This document shows positions 11,396-25,843 of a stretch of DNA of 64,000 nucleotides, in pieces. The stretch covers positions 46,438,001 through 46,502,000 of the forward strand of contig OX597819.1 in assembly GCA_951406725.2 (NCBI GenBank), given 5' to 3'. A program made the position numbers and the translations under genes. Each line of letters opens with the position of its first letter. Position 1 is the first letter of the stretch. The notes beneath the pieces were generated by a model. That model saw nothing but the letters and a program-made list of their open reading frames with translations. It was not told the origin of the DNA and did no database searches. Source of the DNA: Octopus vulgaris. Its lineage: Eukaryota.

Positions 11396-11699
11396 ATATA
11401 CACATATATATGTATGTATGTATGTACGTATGTACATTTAACGCGCACAGACACGAAAAGGACTTTTGTGCGTTCCCAGAGGATATTACCCTCAGGGGCG
11501 CTAGTGTTGGTATGTTCGTAAATAAGTCACTATCCAAAATAAATAGGTCTAATGTTTAGAAAATACTATTTACTCGTTTAAGGGTTGTACTAGATAAATT
11601 AAGACAATAACTCTAATACTTCAAATACTAAGAAATAAGTATACTCAATTTGATTTATACTGAATAATTTAGGAAAGTGAATGGGTTATTTCCTTTGGT

Positions 11700-11888
11700 T
11701 ATATATAAGGATCCCTTCCAGGGGCCCTACTATCGATTTTTTTCCAACAATCTGAGTATGCCATGAGGTTTCCAGACCTCAGAGTTCTATGCATATGTCG
11801 AATTTCATCAAAATCGATAAAACAATTTAGGAGGAGTTAGATAGCAACTCCACAAAAACACCCACAGACAGAATTTCCCACATATGTA

Positions 11889-11895
<7 letters not shown>
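11700..11895 (-). mobile_element. Possible non-autonomous Helitron-like end
   Basis: GAATTTCATCAAAATCG...TTTAGGAGGAGTTAGA...CACAGACAGA running into TA resembles invertebrate non-autonomous Helitron termini; the other end was not found. Confidence 0.35.
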
Positions 11896-11930
<35 letters not shown>

Positions 11931-11950
11931 ATATATAAATGTGTGAGAGT

Positions 11951-12005
<55 letters not shown>

Positions 12006-12558
12006 TGCGACTGTGTGCGTCTGTTTCTGTATGTGAGTGTTTATGTTTGGATGTATATTTGTGTCCGTATGAATTTATTTCTAATCGTGACTCGGATTTA
12101 TTTCCTTGCTAATTTGCAATCATGTGAACTTGCAAAATATCCTTAAGGAACACATATATGAGTTAACGCTTACTTTCATTCAATAATTTTCCAGATACGA
12201 TTTCAAAAAAAAAAGAAAAAATAATAATACATTCAAAATTAAATCGTAAAGGAAATTATTCCACATGATGTAAAAGAATGATGAGTAAATAGAATATCAC
12301 TAAATATTTTTGGCTTTGAAGTTTTCTGTTTAAGCATATCACGGTTAAGATTGCAGCAGCGTATGTATATTCTTGATGTTTATCCATGAGCGCAGATGTG
12401 GCCTTGTGCTGAAGAGTGTCGCTTCAAAACAAAGATACTCCAAGCTCGGTCATAGTGTATATGACACTAAGCACGTATTTTGTTCCATTCTCTCAAGTAG
12501 CTCCATAACTTGAATTGGTCGACAAGAACACAGCATATATTTATGCATTTATACATAT

Positions 12559-12725
12559 AGACGCAGGCGAGGCTGTGGGATAAGAAGCTTGCTTCCCAAA
12601 CACATGGTTCCATTTTCAGTCCCACTGCATGGCACCTTGGTCTAGCGTCTTCTACTATTAGCCTCGTGTCGACGAATGCCTTGAGTGGATTTAGTAGACG
12701 GAAACTGAAAGAAACCCCGTGATAT
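12559..12725 (+). mobile_element. SINE family B head
   Basis: GCAGGCGAGGCTGTGGGATAAGAAGCTTGCTTCCC...GGATTTAGTAGACGGAAACTGAAAGAA. Confidence 0.8.
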
Positions 12726-12944
12726 ATGTATATAAATATATTTGTATATATCTTTTTGTGTAAGTTTGAAACTGGGATTGAATGTGGTACTTGCTATTTC
12801 TAGCAAAGTAGGTACTACCCAGCACCCTCATCAAAATTAGGGATGATTGAATTTTACATTTTTGGTTTTAAATTGTGAATAACTGCCTGAGTTATTTTGT
12901 AATTTCCTCATTAACATTTCACTAAATCAGCCATAAATTTAAAT

Positions 12945-12992
<48 letters not shown>

Positions 12993-12997
<5 letters not shown>

Positions 12998-13190
12998 TGA
13001 CAGTCTGGATTTAGCTAAACCATTCGGCGATGGAGTAGTCACTACTGATAAGGCGAAACTAGTCTAATCCGGTGATCTGTCAGTATATGAAAATGTGTAT
13101 CCTTGCAGTTCTAAGGTTCTAACTCTTATTTCTAGAGATAAAGTGCTACCCAAACCATCAGTCGCAATTTGTGACGGTTGAGCTTGTATA
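12993..13190 (+). mobile_element. Short PLE-like element with short 5' inverted duplication and degenerate HHR
   Basis: TACTGACAG...CTGTCAGTA inverted pair; CTGATAA-GGC-GAAAC-TA-GTC at 13045-13064; TA runs on both sides. Confidence 0.45.
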
Positions 13191-13213
13191 TGTATATATA
13201 TATATATATATAT

Positions 13214-13597
13214 CGTGGCACTATGTCGGTTACGACGACGAGGGTTCCAGTTGATCCGGTCAACAAGACAGCCTGCTCGTGAAATTAACGTGCAAGTGGC
13301 TGAGCACTCCACAGACACGAGTAATTTAACGTAGTTCTCTGGGAGATTCATCGTGACACAGAGTGTGACAAAACAGGCCCTTTGAAATACAGGTACAACA
13401 GAAACAGGAAGAAAGAGTGAGAGAAATTTACGGGGAAAGAGTAAAGCAGGGTTCTCGACCCCGAGCCCCTGCCAAAACCTCGTGAAACTTTAGGCGTTTT
13501 TGCTCAATAAATACTCACAATGCCCTGTCTGGGAATCGAATCCGCGATTCTACGACCGCGCGTCGGCTACCCTAACCACTGGGCCATTGCGCCTCCA
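13214..13597 (-). mobile_element. Full-length tRNA-derived SINE (family D)
   Basis: Minus strand begins TGGAGGCGCAATGGCCCAGTGGTTAGGG (A box) ... TTCGATTCCC (B box); matches 63891-64000 and 18131-18335. Confidence 0.85.
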
Positions 13598-13658
13598 TAC
13601 ACACACACAAACCCACACGCACACATACCTACATGCTCATGCATACACATATACAGAC

Positions 13659-13707
<49 letters not shown>

Positions 13708-13713
13708 TAAGTT

Positions 13714-13937
13714 AGAGATAAAACCACTATTAGGCAAATCATACAATGAAAAATTTAAGCCAATACATAAGATTAATTAATTTATATTATTTTAAATATT
13801 TATCAAAATTATTAAAAAAAGATAATGAGTATAACACAATAATTTTGATATATATTTAAAATAATATAAATTAATTAATCTTATGTATTGGCTTAAATTT
13901 TTCATTGTATGATTTGCCTAATAGTGGTTTTATCTCT
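13714..13937. repeat. 100-bp near-perfect inverted repeat with 24-nt spacer
   Basis: 13714-13813 vs 13838-13937, one mismatch; the element continues to ~14030 and lies between (TA)n tracts. Confidence 0.95.
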
Positions 13938-14069
13938 TAATGTAATATAATATTTTACTATAAAATTGGATTCAATCCTAAATCTGATTTTTCCCTGTAA
14001 GTTTGGATTTATTCTCTAATATTTTATTATATATATATATATATATATACATCGCATACATGCATATGA

Positions 14070-14120
<51 letters not shown>

Positions 14121-14204
14121 GCACAACAACACCCGGCTTCAACCAATATCCTCAGGGTGCCGATGCTTTGAGCGCGAATTTGTGCGTAAGCCCGTTGAAT
14201 ACGT

Positions 14205-14440
14205 GTGTTTGTGTGTATGTGCGCGATTTTGCTTTTGTTCTTGTCTTCCATCACTGCTTGACAACGGGTGCAGGTTTGTTTATTTCCCAGCAACATAGGG
14301 GTTCGCCAAAAGGAGTCGATTGAATAAGTCCCAGATTTAAGAAAAGAATATCTACTAGGTTCGATTTGTTAAACTAAATTCTTCAAGACTGTGCTCCAGC
14401 ATGACCGCGGTCCAATGACTAAAAGAAGAAAAACATCAAA
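14205..14440 (+). mobile_element. SINE family B tail
   Basis: GCTTGACAAC...GAATAAGT...GTGCTCCAGCATGACCGCGGTCCAATGACT. Confidence 0.7.
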
Positions 14441-14627
14441 GATACACACAAACACTCACACACACACAGACTCAAACCTGCACACGCACATACACACACA
14501 CAAACATTTTCGCGTATATTTGTGTTGGTTTGTCTTTCCCCTGTGTGTGTATGTATATATATATATGTGTGTGTGTGTATGTTTGTGTGTGTGTGTGTCT
14601 GTTTGTTTGTGTGTGTGTGTGTCTGTT

Positions 14628-14724
<97 letters not shown>

Positions 14725-14819
14725 AGTGTTACGTGAGATGTACAGAACTGAATATTGAAAGTCGTCAGAATTTTGGAAAGAATTTATTTATTATATCTTC
14801 ATTTTCCTATTGGCGCTTT

Positions 14820-15032
14820 CGTTCGTCTTTTCAATAAGATCGGTACCCACTACACATATCTTTTTCTCTCCTTGTTTCTCTCCTTGTTTTTTTTTTCTGT
14901 GTCCCTTTCTGTAGAAGAGCGTAGGCTCGAAACGTAAAAGACTTTTTCAATTCCTGAACGTTATACTAATACATCTGTTTGTTTTCTACACCACCTGTCT
15001 TCGTCTTTTGTTTTTGTCGTGAACTCTCCCCC
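14820..15032 (+). mobile_element. Short PLE-like element, sister family of 2125-2338
   Basis: Pyrimidine-rich leader, HHR-like motif, TTCCTGAACG...AATAC tail, ends at (TA)n. Confidence 0.6.
14905..14940 (+). ncRNA. Minimal hammerhead-like motif (A6U variant)
   Basis: CTTT-CTGTAGA-A-GAGC-GTAG-GCTC-GAAAC-GTA-AAAG; stems I and II perfect. Confidence 0.6.
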
Positions 15033-15125
<93 letters not shown>

Positions 15126-15534
15126 GTGTGTGTATGTATATATATGACATGTATACATATCACAAAAGCTATATTTCTGTCATATCTGGCGAAACGAAAG
15201 CAAACTTCCGGTTCACCTAGAAGCAAACATAAATGTTTTATATATCACGTCTGCAATTGGAAAATATTAACGCTGTTGTATACAGATTTCTACATTTCTA
15301 GCATTAAAATTTGAACGTTATATTGCTTTCTAATTTACGCATAGACGAATGTTTATCATCGACGAGATCACTTAAAATCCGTTAGTTTAGAAATAAAATC
15401 CCTTGTTATGATAGTTCTGCATGGAATTACAGACACCTCCCAGATATTTTTGCTGTCGGAAATGCAATAAGACAGTAATTAGCTAATTATAAATCTATAA
15501 CTAACTACACTAATATTGATTTAGAATTTTGGTT

Positions 15535-15670
15535 CAACTGGTACTTATTGTATCAAGCCTAAAAGGATGAAAGTCGACTTAGGCGGAATTTGAACTCAGA
15601 ACATAACGGCAGAAGAAATATTGCTAAGCATTTCGCCCGGCGTGCCAACGTTTCTGCCAGCACGCCGCCA
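15535..15670 (-). mobile_element. SINE family C
   Basis: Reverse complement of GGCG..GCTGGCAGAA.CGTT.GCACGCCGGGCGAAATGCTTAGC...GAGTTCAAATTCCGCC. Confidence 0.8.
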
Positions 15671-16805
15671 TGTGGAGTAGTTTGGGAGGATTGGTGAAAC
15701 GACAGGTTAGATCAGTTTGCTTTCGAATCTCCTCTGAAGCAGAATCTTTTTTTTTTTTTTTTGCATTGAGCTCCAGTTTTTGTTCGTGTACCCACAAAGT
15801 AAACCCTGAATGTTTAAAATTCATTCAACTTATGTCTGTTTCCATATTTGTTTTTAGAATTACGTATCCTGGACTACATTACACAATGTATCGATTTCTA
15901 TGACATTAGAATGGGATTTGAGGGATATTTGGCTGTTAATACTAACCATTTTAGTAACCAGGTAGAAGCTCAGACTATTCCTTCCTTTCATCTGTGTGAA
16001 CTTGAAGCAATATCAGAACACATATTTGTCAGAGCAGAACAACTTCTCAGGTTTTAGAAAGCAAATAAATGTGATTTAATGGCGTTTATACTTTTCAGAA
16101 AAATACAATAGATTTATAAGACACAAGAAATTATGTTCCACTCAAGAACTGGAATTGAATTTCGGAATCAGGTGTTCGATTAAGGGATACATATTTCTAT
16201 AGTAACAGTAATGTCAATTTAATCTACCAAAATATGTTTGGTACTAACTATTTTATTGACCCAGGGGGAATAAAAAAGACAAACAAAAAGAAGCAAAGTC
16301 GCCCAAAGTTGGATTTGAATTTAGAATATAGCGAAAGGAGATTAAAAACTACAAAAGAATTAGTCCAATGCTGTGCCATTTCTCCGCATGGTTTAATATT
16401 ACAATAAACTTGTTAACGGTGGAATGGTAAACTAACTGAATTCTTTTATTAGACTATCAAAGAAGATTTCGTTTAGCGGAAATGTGCCGTAACAGTTTTT
16501 CATGTTAAGAATTAAAGAAAGCGATGCATGCAGGCAATCTAATTTACAAATTTACCTATCCCTTGAAAGTCGGTAATGTTACGTACACAGATCAAACGCA
16601 AATAAATAAGCATAAAGACAAGAAGTGGTACCTAAATGTTAGCAAAAGGGCATAGGGTTACTTCGTCATCTAGTGCTGCCGTTTGTCGATTTGTGCTCAA
16701 TCGTTTCTGCTTTTGCTTATTTGTTTTAGACATACACACACACACATACACGTATAGAGGTATATACATATACACATACACAAATACGTGCATACATTGA
16801 TATTT

Positions 16806-17600
<795 letters not shown>

Positions 17601-17694
17601 ATAGAAACCGTCCACAAAATCTACGGTCGCCTTTAAACACGATAGAAGCTTATATATGCGTTGATTATTTTTATTACTATTATATTATCATCAT

Positions 17695-17753
<59 letters not shown>

Positions 17754-17932
17754 TTTAATGCACAAATATATGTATTTAACTAATCCGGTGGTACTAACAA
17801 AAAAGGTCACGCTGCAAGCAACATACTTAACCAATACAGTGGAGCGTAAAATATAGTCCTACGTAGTGGAAATTCAGTAATTCCAATTAGTAATGACATT
17901 TTTTCATACCTCTTGACTGACTATTTGTTTTA

Positions 17933-18091
<159 letters not shown>

Positions 18092-18099
18092 TGTGTGTT

Positions 18100-18130
<31 letters not shown>

Positions 18131-18335
18131 CATGACACTCCGTCGGTTACGACGACCAGGGTTCCAGTTGACACGATCAACGGAACAACCTGCTCGTGAA
18201 ATTAAAGTGCAAATGGCTGAGCATTTTACAGACACGTGTACCCTTAACGTAGTTCTCGGGTGATTCAGTGTTAAACAGAATGTACAACAGAAACAGGAAG
18301 AAAGAGTGAGAGAAAGTTGTGGTGAAAGAGTACAA
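18131..18335 (-). mobile_element. SINE family D, partial
   Basis: Aligns to 13214-13445 with an internal deletion. Confidence 0.8.
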
Positions 18336-20957
18336 ACTATTATTATTTTTTTTTTTTTATCATAAACTATTAATCAAGTACTAGGTTGTTTTGTATGGGC
18401 TAGAATTTTTCAAAATTGCTAAACTCGTACCTAAACAAGAAACTATTCTTTTTTCGTCTTTTTTTTTATTCAGTGACTAGGCTGCGGCCTTACTGAAATA
18501 CAGTATATGAAGGGTTTTATCGATCTAAGTACTTTCTCAGTTTGGTACTTTGTTTAGAAAGTTACAAGGTATAAAGATACACAGCATGAACACACCACGG
18601 ATATGAGTCAATATATACACAGGCCCGAATACAGAGATATACATATATATGTGTGTGCATGCATACGAATATATATGTATATACATATACATATATGCAT
18701 ATATAGATATACATATACATGCTCTGTTATTGTCTTGGAACTTTCTAAGAAGACGGTGTCAACAGCATTCGAAATCAAATAGTATAGATTTGAAACTACG
18801 TGCACTAATGCATTTAATCCAATACTTCATTATCCTCCCTATTTACACTACCCACATATACGACTAATTAAGCACAGTAATTATACAGCTGACGAATTAC
18901 TACAGCTTCCTATCAATAAATGTAACAATTTTTCATGGGAGGTTGTTATCAGTTATGCAAATCTAAAGCTTAAGTTATCCTTTCTTCTCTTTTATTTTGT
19001 AAAACAAATTTACAAGCTTAGTTTTGATGGGTAAAAGATAGGTATATGGCTGCTAAACCGAAACATTACCAGCTTTGATAGGCTCAATTTGCTTTACGGA
19101 CTATAAAACTTCTGCTGTATCTGTAACGTGAAATATGCTTGGTATTTCAGCCATACTCATTAAATACTTATTCCTTGTAGTTATGGATTTGCGTTTTTTC
19201 TGGAGCTTTTACTACTTATCAGCGCTTTCTTTCTCCCAAACCCCGCTATCGTGAAATATCTCAGTTATATAAATAAACAACAAATTCTATAGAGTTTTAT
19301 AGTTATTCGCTGTTTGTGTTTTAAGATAATTATTCTTTGGTTTATGGAGCAACAAATTGCTTGGAAGAATAACTAATGTATGTGTGGGTGGAGAGCCCGT
19401 ATGTAGTGGCTTGAACTTATAGGGATAGTAGTTAGATATTTCTCAAATCGCACACTACTGTGTTATACAAGAGAATGATACACTGATAAAAGAAGTGCAA
19501 GACAAATCTCTACAAAGACAGAACGGATCAGTAGTGATTGAGAGCTAAACAAGAACTTTTGAAAAAAAGACTATATAATGATACCATTATTATGATAATG
19601 CTGGTATCTAAAGATACTAATATTATCATAATATGTATATAGAGATTACTGCTACCTAAAGATGTAAGTAATGTCTGTACAATATGATAATGTTTTTATT
19701 TAAAATAATATCATGAATAATCAGTGTTTCAGATCCTGATAGATTTTTATTGCATTTTAAAGCTTATTGTTTCACTTTTTGTATGGTTTTTCTGCTTCAG
19801 TTTGTAAAACAAAAACAACGCGCTGTAGAATTAGAAAATTATTGTTTGAAGCAATTACGCAAGACACTTAATGGCTAAACACAAGCACGCACACACAAAC
19901 ACAAAACCAATGTACACCCTATAAACTTCTACCATAAATTCTTTATCTATTGAACAAAAGAAACCAGGAGATTAATTTCTTAATTATGGCATACGTTAGA
20001 ATAATTTAACAATGTGTCTATTAAACTTGTGCGGTAGAGACTGAACTATTGAGTTTATTATATATAAGAGTAATTTATCTAGTAAGCCATTATGTGCGTT
20101 CCATATCTGTGAAACTTGCTATATTACAACATTAATCAGTCCATAAAAATTATGCAAGAGACAGTTAGATATAGATTTTCTTTTCAGCTTGCCTCATGTT
20201 CAGTTTCCCAGCAGAATATATTCATTTGACTCAAATTTATTAAAACAGGATGCTTTTTCATAACCTCTTTGATCCATTGGAATCATAAAATTAATCGTTA
20301 ATTATATATTTTTAATAACAAGGAATCAAACGTGTAAGAGATTAATTAATCTCATTAGATCATAAATATTATCCACTTGTTTAATTATTAACCATTCAGA
20401 ATAGATGGGCAGCGTTTATGGCCGCTGCAAATAATCCAACTCCAGACTGTGGCAATCCATTAGAAGAGACTTTTAACTCATATAACATTACAAGAAAGTC
20501 TTGCTTGTCTCCATGAATCAAAGAAAATAGTCATTTTGTGATAGAAAACAACTCTAAAGTGAAATTATTGATTGAACAGAAATAACCATAATCAGTTCTT
20601 ATGCTTCAATAGCGAAAGAAACCAAAGAAAACTTATGGACTCAGCGAGAGAGAATATCTCGAATTGATCTGATATCGTAGTTTCATAAGATACCATATTG
20701 TATATGAAATAAAATTATTCTGCCTATAAAAGCAACGCGATATACACAGCGGGTTCGAAACCCAACGGCAACATGACTAAGTAATCCAGTGCATTAACCA
20801 CTTGACCACGTCATACACTTCACCTTTAATTCTTACGAATTACATGTTCTTTTTTTGTTGTCATTTAGTCCCATATCAACACTGATTGAAAGAATGAACT
20901 ATCAAATGCTTCGAGCCGTGACATTCCTGTTTTAGCTTTGTAAGTCTTGGACTCTAC

Positions 20958-21240
20958 CAATGACTCCCAAACTGTTTCGAGCTGCTGCCCTCTTGGCACC
21001 CAGGCCACATTCCTGGTGCCCCGCCATTCACCACCACAAACATAGACGACTCTCCGCATCAAATTCAAAACAACAGTATTTCACAAGTATAGCTTAAGCT
21101 AATTAACCCATCATTTTATTGTTTTTACATATAACGCCCCCTATTGGCCGCCCCATTATCGACCCCACTTTCCTTTAGCGCCCCAGTGGATCTTTTTAAT
21201 GCCCCTAAAGGAGCAGTACCGACCACTTTGTGAACCACTG
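20958..21240. mobile_element. Old hAT (Charlie-like) MITE
   Basis: Ends CAATGACTCCCAAACTG / CACTTTGTGAACCACTG resemble CAGTGGTTC.CAAA TIRs; putative 8-bp TSD matches at 5/8. Confidence 0.5.
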
Positions 21241-21920
21241 AGCTATACAGTCCCGTATGTCTTGCAGTTTTTTTTTAAGATGGCTAAATGTGTTTTAATC
21301 GAAGTACATTTGGTTATTTCTAGCAATGCGAAGTGACCATACAATTGCTGCTTTTGACTAGTACATTGAAAGCAGCAGATAAACTTGGCGTCACACTATA
21401 CTTTGAATACTGTAAGGTTCCAATGATGTTACACTTTGAACGAGAAAAGAATCTAAACCTTTTTACAGTCCCAGGTGCATTGGTATTAGAAGGATTAAAT
21501 AACTCAATTGGAAAACAAATTATTACTACGCACTCTATTCCCAAGGAACTTACGTTAGATCTATAAGGTAAGGCGGGAGATTCATGCACTGAAAGACGTA
21601 CAGAAAATAAACAAATAAATGATGATTAATTTAAATTTACTGCATTGGTAGAGAACGGAAAAAGCAAAGCTAGCCGTCAGCTGATGGCGACTGTCAAATA
21701 TTCAAAGTAAAGGGTGCTAGGGTTATAATCTCACGAAATTTATAATCTCTCAAAGTTAAGTTACATACTGATATCTGCCAGAAATTACACACACTGCTCT
21801 GATGATGATGGTGATGATGATGATAATGAAGATGACGAGATACACCTGTGGGACGACATTTGGCCCATCACATTTCATTAGGTAAAGGTAACAAATATGA
21901 TGCATATGTGTGTATGTTTA

Positions 21921-22031
<111 letters not shown>

Positions 22032-22239
22032 ATGCATATGTATATATAGTTTATTATAAAAGCTGCAAAATATCCACAGAACTATTACTCAGAGTTTCGC
22101 GTTCCAGTTCGTTGGACAGTTTTGGTGAATATTCTATGAATATTTTGCAAGTATATTACTCTACCCTTCGTATTCGAGTATTAATTTTCCCACATTGTTT
22201 TTCACTTATGAGCCTACCTGTGTGTGTGTTTAGATAGAC

Positions 22240-22351
<112 letters not shown>

Positions 22352-23172
22352 GAATGGATAAAATTAAGCAGGAACTCATATCGCAATGCCGTTCATTTGA
22401 AAAACACCACCAATTTATTTTCTTACTGTATTTCTATTATTCTCTAGCTAATACCTGTATCCTTGGCCGATATAATTTTCGGCCAAGGATTAAACAGAGG
22501 TAAAACAACAACAATAACAACAACGAAACCATATTATACAAATTTACCTCCTCTTAAGAGAACTAACTGAGTGTGTAAAATAAATATAAAAATAATGTAG
22601 AAAAATTGTAACGTGAATAAATACATATTACACAGAATGTCATCCTGGCCAGTAAAATTTGAGTGAAGTAGAAACAAATAGGAAACGATTCAATTCAACG
22701 TGAAAGCATCAAAGCTGTTCAGATATAATAATATGCTGCTTAGAAATTAGAAACAAGAAAGAATTCAGGCTTTTGTGTAAGAAAAGAGGCGCTATTGCTT
22801 AGAAATAGCGTTTAATATGAATATTTGAGATGAGGTTTCCGATTGCGTTATTATAGCAAAGAATTGGTGCCGAAGATATTCCAAGAAAACGTTCTGGTTT
22901 ACTTATGTGCACATCCTACATACATAGAGTTTTTAAGAATCAAACAAGCGTGACTTTATGTTGGTAAGTGTGGTGGTTGGTTTCTGGTGGGTTGGAATAT
23001 GTGTATGTGTGTGCGTGTGTGTGTGTGCGCACGCTTGTGTGGGTGTGTGCCTGCATACTTATTTTTGTGTGTGCTTCCTATATACATTTGTATATATGCA
23101 TGTATATGTGTATGTGTGTGAGTATGTGTGTCTGAGTGTGTGTCTGTACATACATATATATTACTATGCACA

Positions 23173-23215
<43 letters not shown>

Positions 23216-23508
23216 ATATAGATGCATATATGTGTATATATATATATATATGCATTTCTTTACGTATCTATGTACGTATATGTCGACATACATATACATG
23301 GTAATGGGTATATATATATGTGAGTGCATGTGTAAGTGTGTGTTTAAACACACGCACATGCACATAGAGAAAGAGAAAGGAAGAGAGACAGGCAGACAAA
23401 CACACACATATACACACAAACACGCTCAGACGTACAAACTCTCACATACACACTCACTCATACATGCAAACACATAGCGATTCAGAAGTCTCTGCAACAT
23501 TGAAATGG

Positions 23509-23612
<104 letters not shown>

Positions 23613-23616
23613 TGCG

Positions 23617-23689
<73 letters not shown>

Positions 23690-23714
23690 ATTATGACAAT
23701 TATTCGGTAGCCAT

Positions 23715-23775
23715 GATAAAGCTCCGAGTTTCGGATATCGGGGCGGAAACCTACGCCGCCATCTCTTCAGTTATC
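23715..23775 (-). ncRNA. Hammerhead-like motif (left arm)
   Basis: GAUAA-CUGAAGA-GAUGGCGG...CCGCC...AUCC-GAAAC-UCGGAG-CU-UUAUC; U16.1 changed to C. Confidence 0.55.
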
Positions 23776-23804
23776 CGGCCTTGATAGCATTTTTTCGATG
23801 TCCG

Positions 23805-23865
23805 AATAACTGAAGACATAGCGACGTGGGTTTCCGCCCTAACATCCGAAACTCGGAGTTTTATC
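23805..23865 (+). ncRNA. Hammerhead-like motif (right arm)
   Basis: AATAA-CTGAAGA...GAAAC-TCGGA-GTT-TTATC; core intact, stem II decayed. Confidence 0.55.
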
Positions 23866-23969
23866 ACGGCTACCGAATAATTGTCATATATTATATATCT
23901 ACAGATAAATTCGTCTATTTACATAATATCGAGGTCTCTTTCATTCTTTTATTGTCTTGGCATTTCTAT

Positions 23970-24001
<32 letters not shown>

Positions 24002-24324
24002 TCATTTTATATTTCTTTTTCATTCATCTTATTTTTAATTCTGTCTTAATATTCTTTTTGTTAATTTGTTGATATATCTTGAAACGAATACTGTTTTATA
24101 CATATTTAAGAGGATTATCGTTATCAAAACATGAGAGGACATTCGTTATGCTATATAGGACTCAATAAAACGGTTGTTCCGTTCAAGTGTATGAGAATGT
24201 CTAGCTCAATCGCCGTGGCTGGCCAAGATTTCTACAGGCTGCTTGAAGTTCTACCGAAATAACTTACCCGTTACAGTAAGGACAGTTAATGAATGAAGTG
24301 GAAATGTTTTATATATATATATAG

Positions 24325-24427
<103 letters not shown>

Positions 24428-24612
24428 TTTGTGTGTGTGTTTGTTCCTGCACATCCCGACATCGTTTGACAACTGATGCTGCTGTGTTTACGTCCTCGTA
24501 ACATAGGGGTTCGGGGCAAGAGACCGACAGAAGAAGCGCCAAGTCCAGGGGTCATTTCTTCGACTGAAAGGCGGTGCTCCAGCATGGCCACAGTCAAACG
24601 ACTGAAACAAAT
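24428..24612 (+). mobile_element. SINE family B tail
   Basis: Matches 40400-40590. Confidence 0.75.
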
Positions 24613-24664
24613 AATAGAGGAATATACATATATATACACACACACACATATGTGTGTGTGTGTG

Positions 24665-24912
24665 TGGAGGCGCGTGGCTTAGTGGTAAGGGTGTCAGCAC
24701 CATGATCGTAAGATTGTGGTTTCGATACCTAGACCGGGCGACGCGTTGTGTTCTTGAGCAAAACACTTCATTTCACGTTGCTCCAGTCCACTCAGCTGGC
24801 AAAAATGAACAACGCTGCGATGGACTGGCGTACCGTTCAGCTGGGTGAACACATACGCCATAGAAACCAGGAAACCGGGCCCATGAGCCTGGCTAGGCTT
24901 TAAAAAGGGCGC
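24665..24912 (+). mobile_element. tRNA-derived SINE related to family A with a different tail
   Basis: A box TGGCTTAGTGG, B box TTTCGATACC, central GTTCTTGAGCAA.ACACTT..TTTCACGTTGCTCCAGT.CACTCAGCTG. Confidence 0.85.
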
Positions 24913-24914
24913 AT

Positions 24915-24949
<35 letters not shown>

Positions 24950-25139
24950 TGGAGAATGCTGAAAAGTTCTTGACTTTGGATAAAAGAAAATACTATGAGG
25001 TTAGTTAATTATGATTTTATTCAGCATATTCCCGTCTCAGGTTCACACACTTACTGAAGGGTTCCTTCAATTTTTCTAAACGCTGTAAAAAATAAGCGCG
25101 GGAGCTTAAGCCTCTAAGCAGGTCCCTTAAACCGAGGAA

Positions 25140-25144
<5 letters not shown>
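24950..25144. mobile_element. Mariner-type MITE remnant
   Basis: GCTGAAAAGTTCTTGACTTT ... AAACCGAGGAACTTTT inverted ends; right end lost in (TA)n. Confidence 0.5.
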
Positions 25145-25171
<27 letters not shown>

Positions 25172-25180
<9 letters not shown>

Positions 25181-25843
25181 TTAATAAGGGTGAGAGAATT
25201 AGATACTAATTTAATAGTATATCTATTCAACACCAAGTGGCCCAGTGCTCCGAGAAACCTGGATTATTATAATATTTTATAATATATTATAATATTTTTA
25301 CAAAATAAATATAAGAGAGTGGTCACTATATGGCTCACTCTAGCACTAGTTAATCCAAAAGGTTTGAACCACAAAAATACATGTTTCCCATGAAAGTCAG
25401 TACGATTGTTAGCTCACACGAACAGGGCAAATAAAAATAACAAAAATACAGATTATTTTGGGACAATTGTTTCGCTATTAATGAATTAAATGTAATTTTA
25501 CTTACAAAAAAATCCACTTGTAGCTCCTCAGCCAAAACTATCTGGATGAAATCCACTCAATCACACGCCAGATTTTACAATAACGATAAATACACGTGTG
25601 GTTCAATTGATTACATCCGACGTTATAATTCAAATGCCCCTACTAACAGCGCGCCAAACTTTCACGGAAAACAAATACTGCATTTAGAAATAAATGTAGC
25701 ATAATTATAATTAATTAATAAGGGTGAGAGAATTAGATACTAATTTAATAGTATATCTATTCAACACCAAGTGGCCCAGTGCTCCGAGAAACCTGGATTA
25801 TTATAATATTTTATAATATATTATAATATTTTTACAAAATAAA

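Larger units (their letters stand above)
23692..23972 (+). mobile_element. Fold-back PLE-like element with HHR in both arms
   Basis: 87-bp arms 23692-23778 / 23802-23888 (about 10 mismatches), followed by an ~85-bp tail and (TA)n. Confidence 0.75.

Noticed and set aside
18880-21000. Hox-associated miRNA (miR-10/miR-993) suggested by the Hox-like motif cluster
   Set aside because: I did not find the mature sequences or a suitable hairpin by eye.
21324-21567. 77-aa ORF bounded by AG and GTAAG as a coding exon
   Set aside because: Weak polypyrimidine tract, stop codon just before the donor, no recognisable homology.
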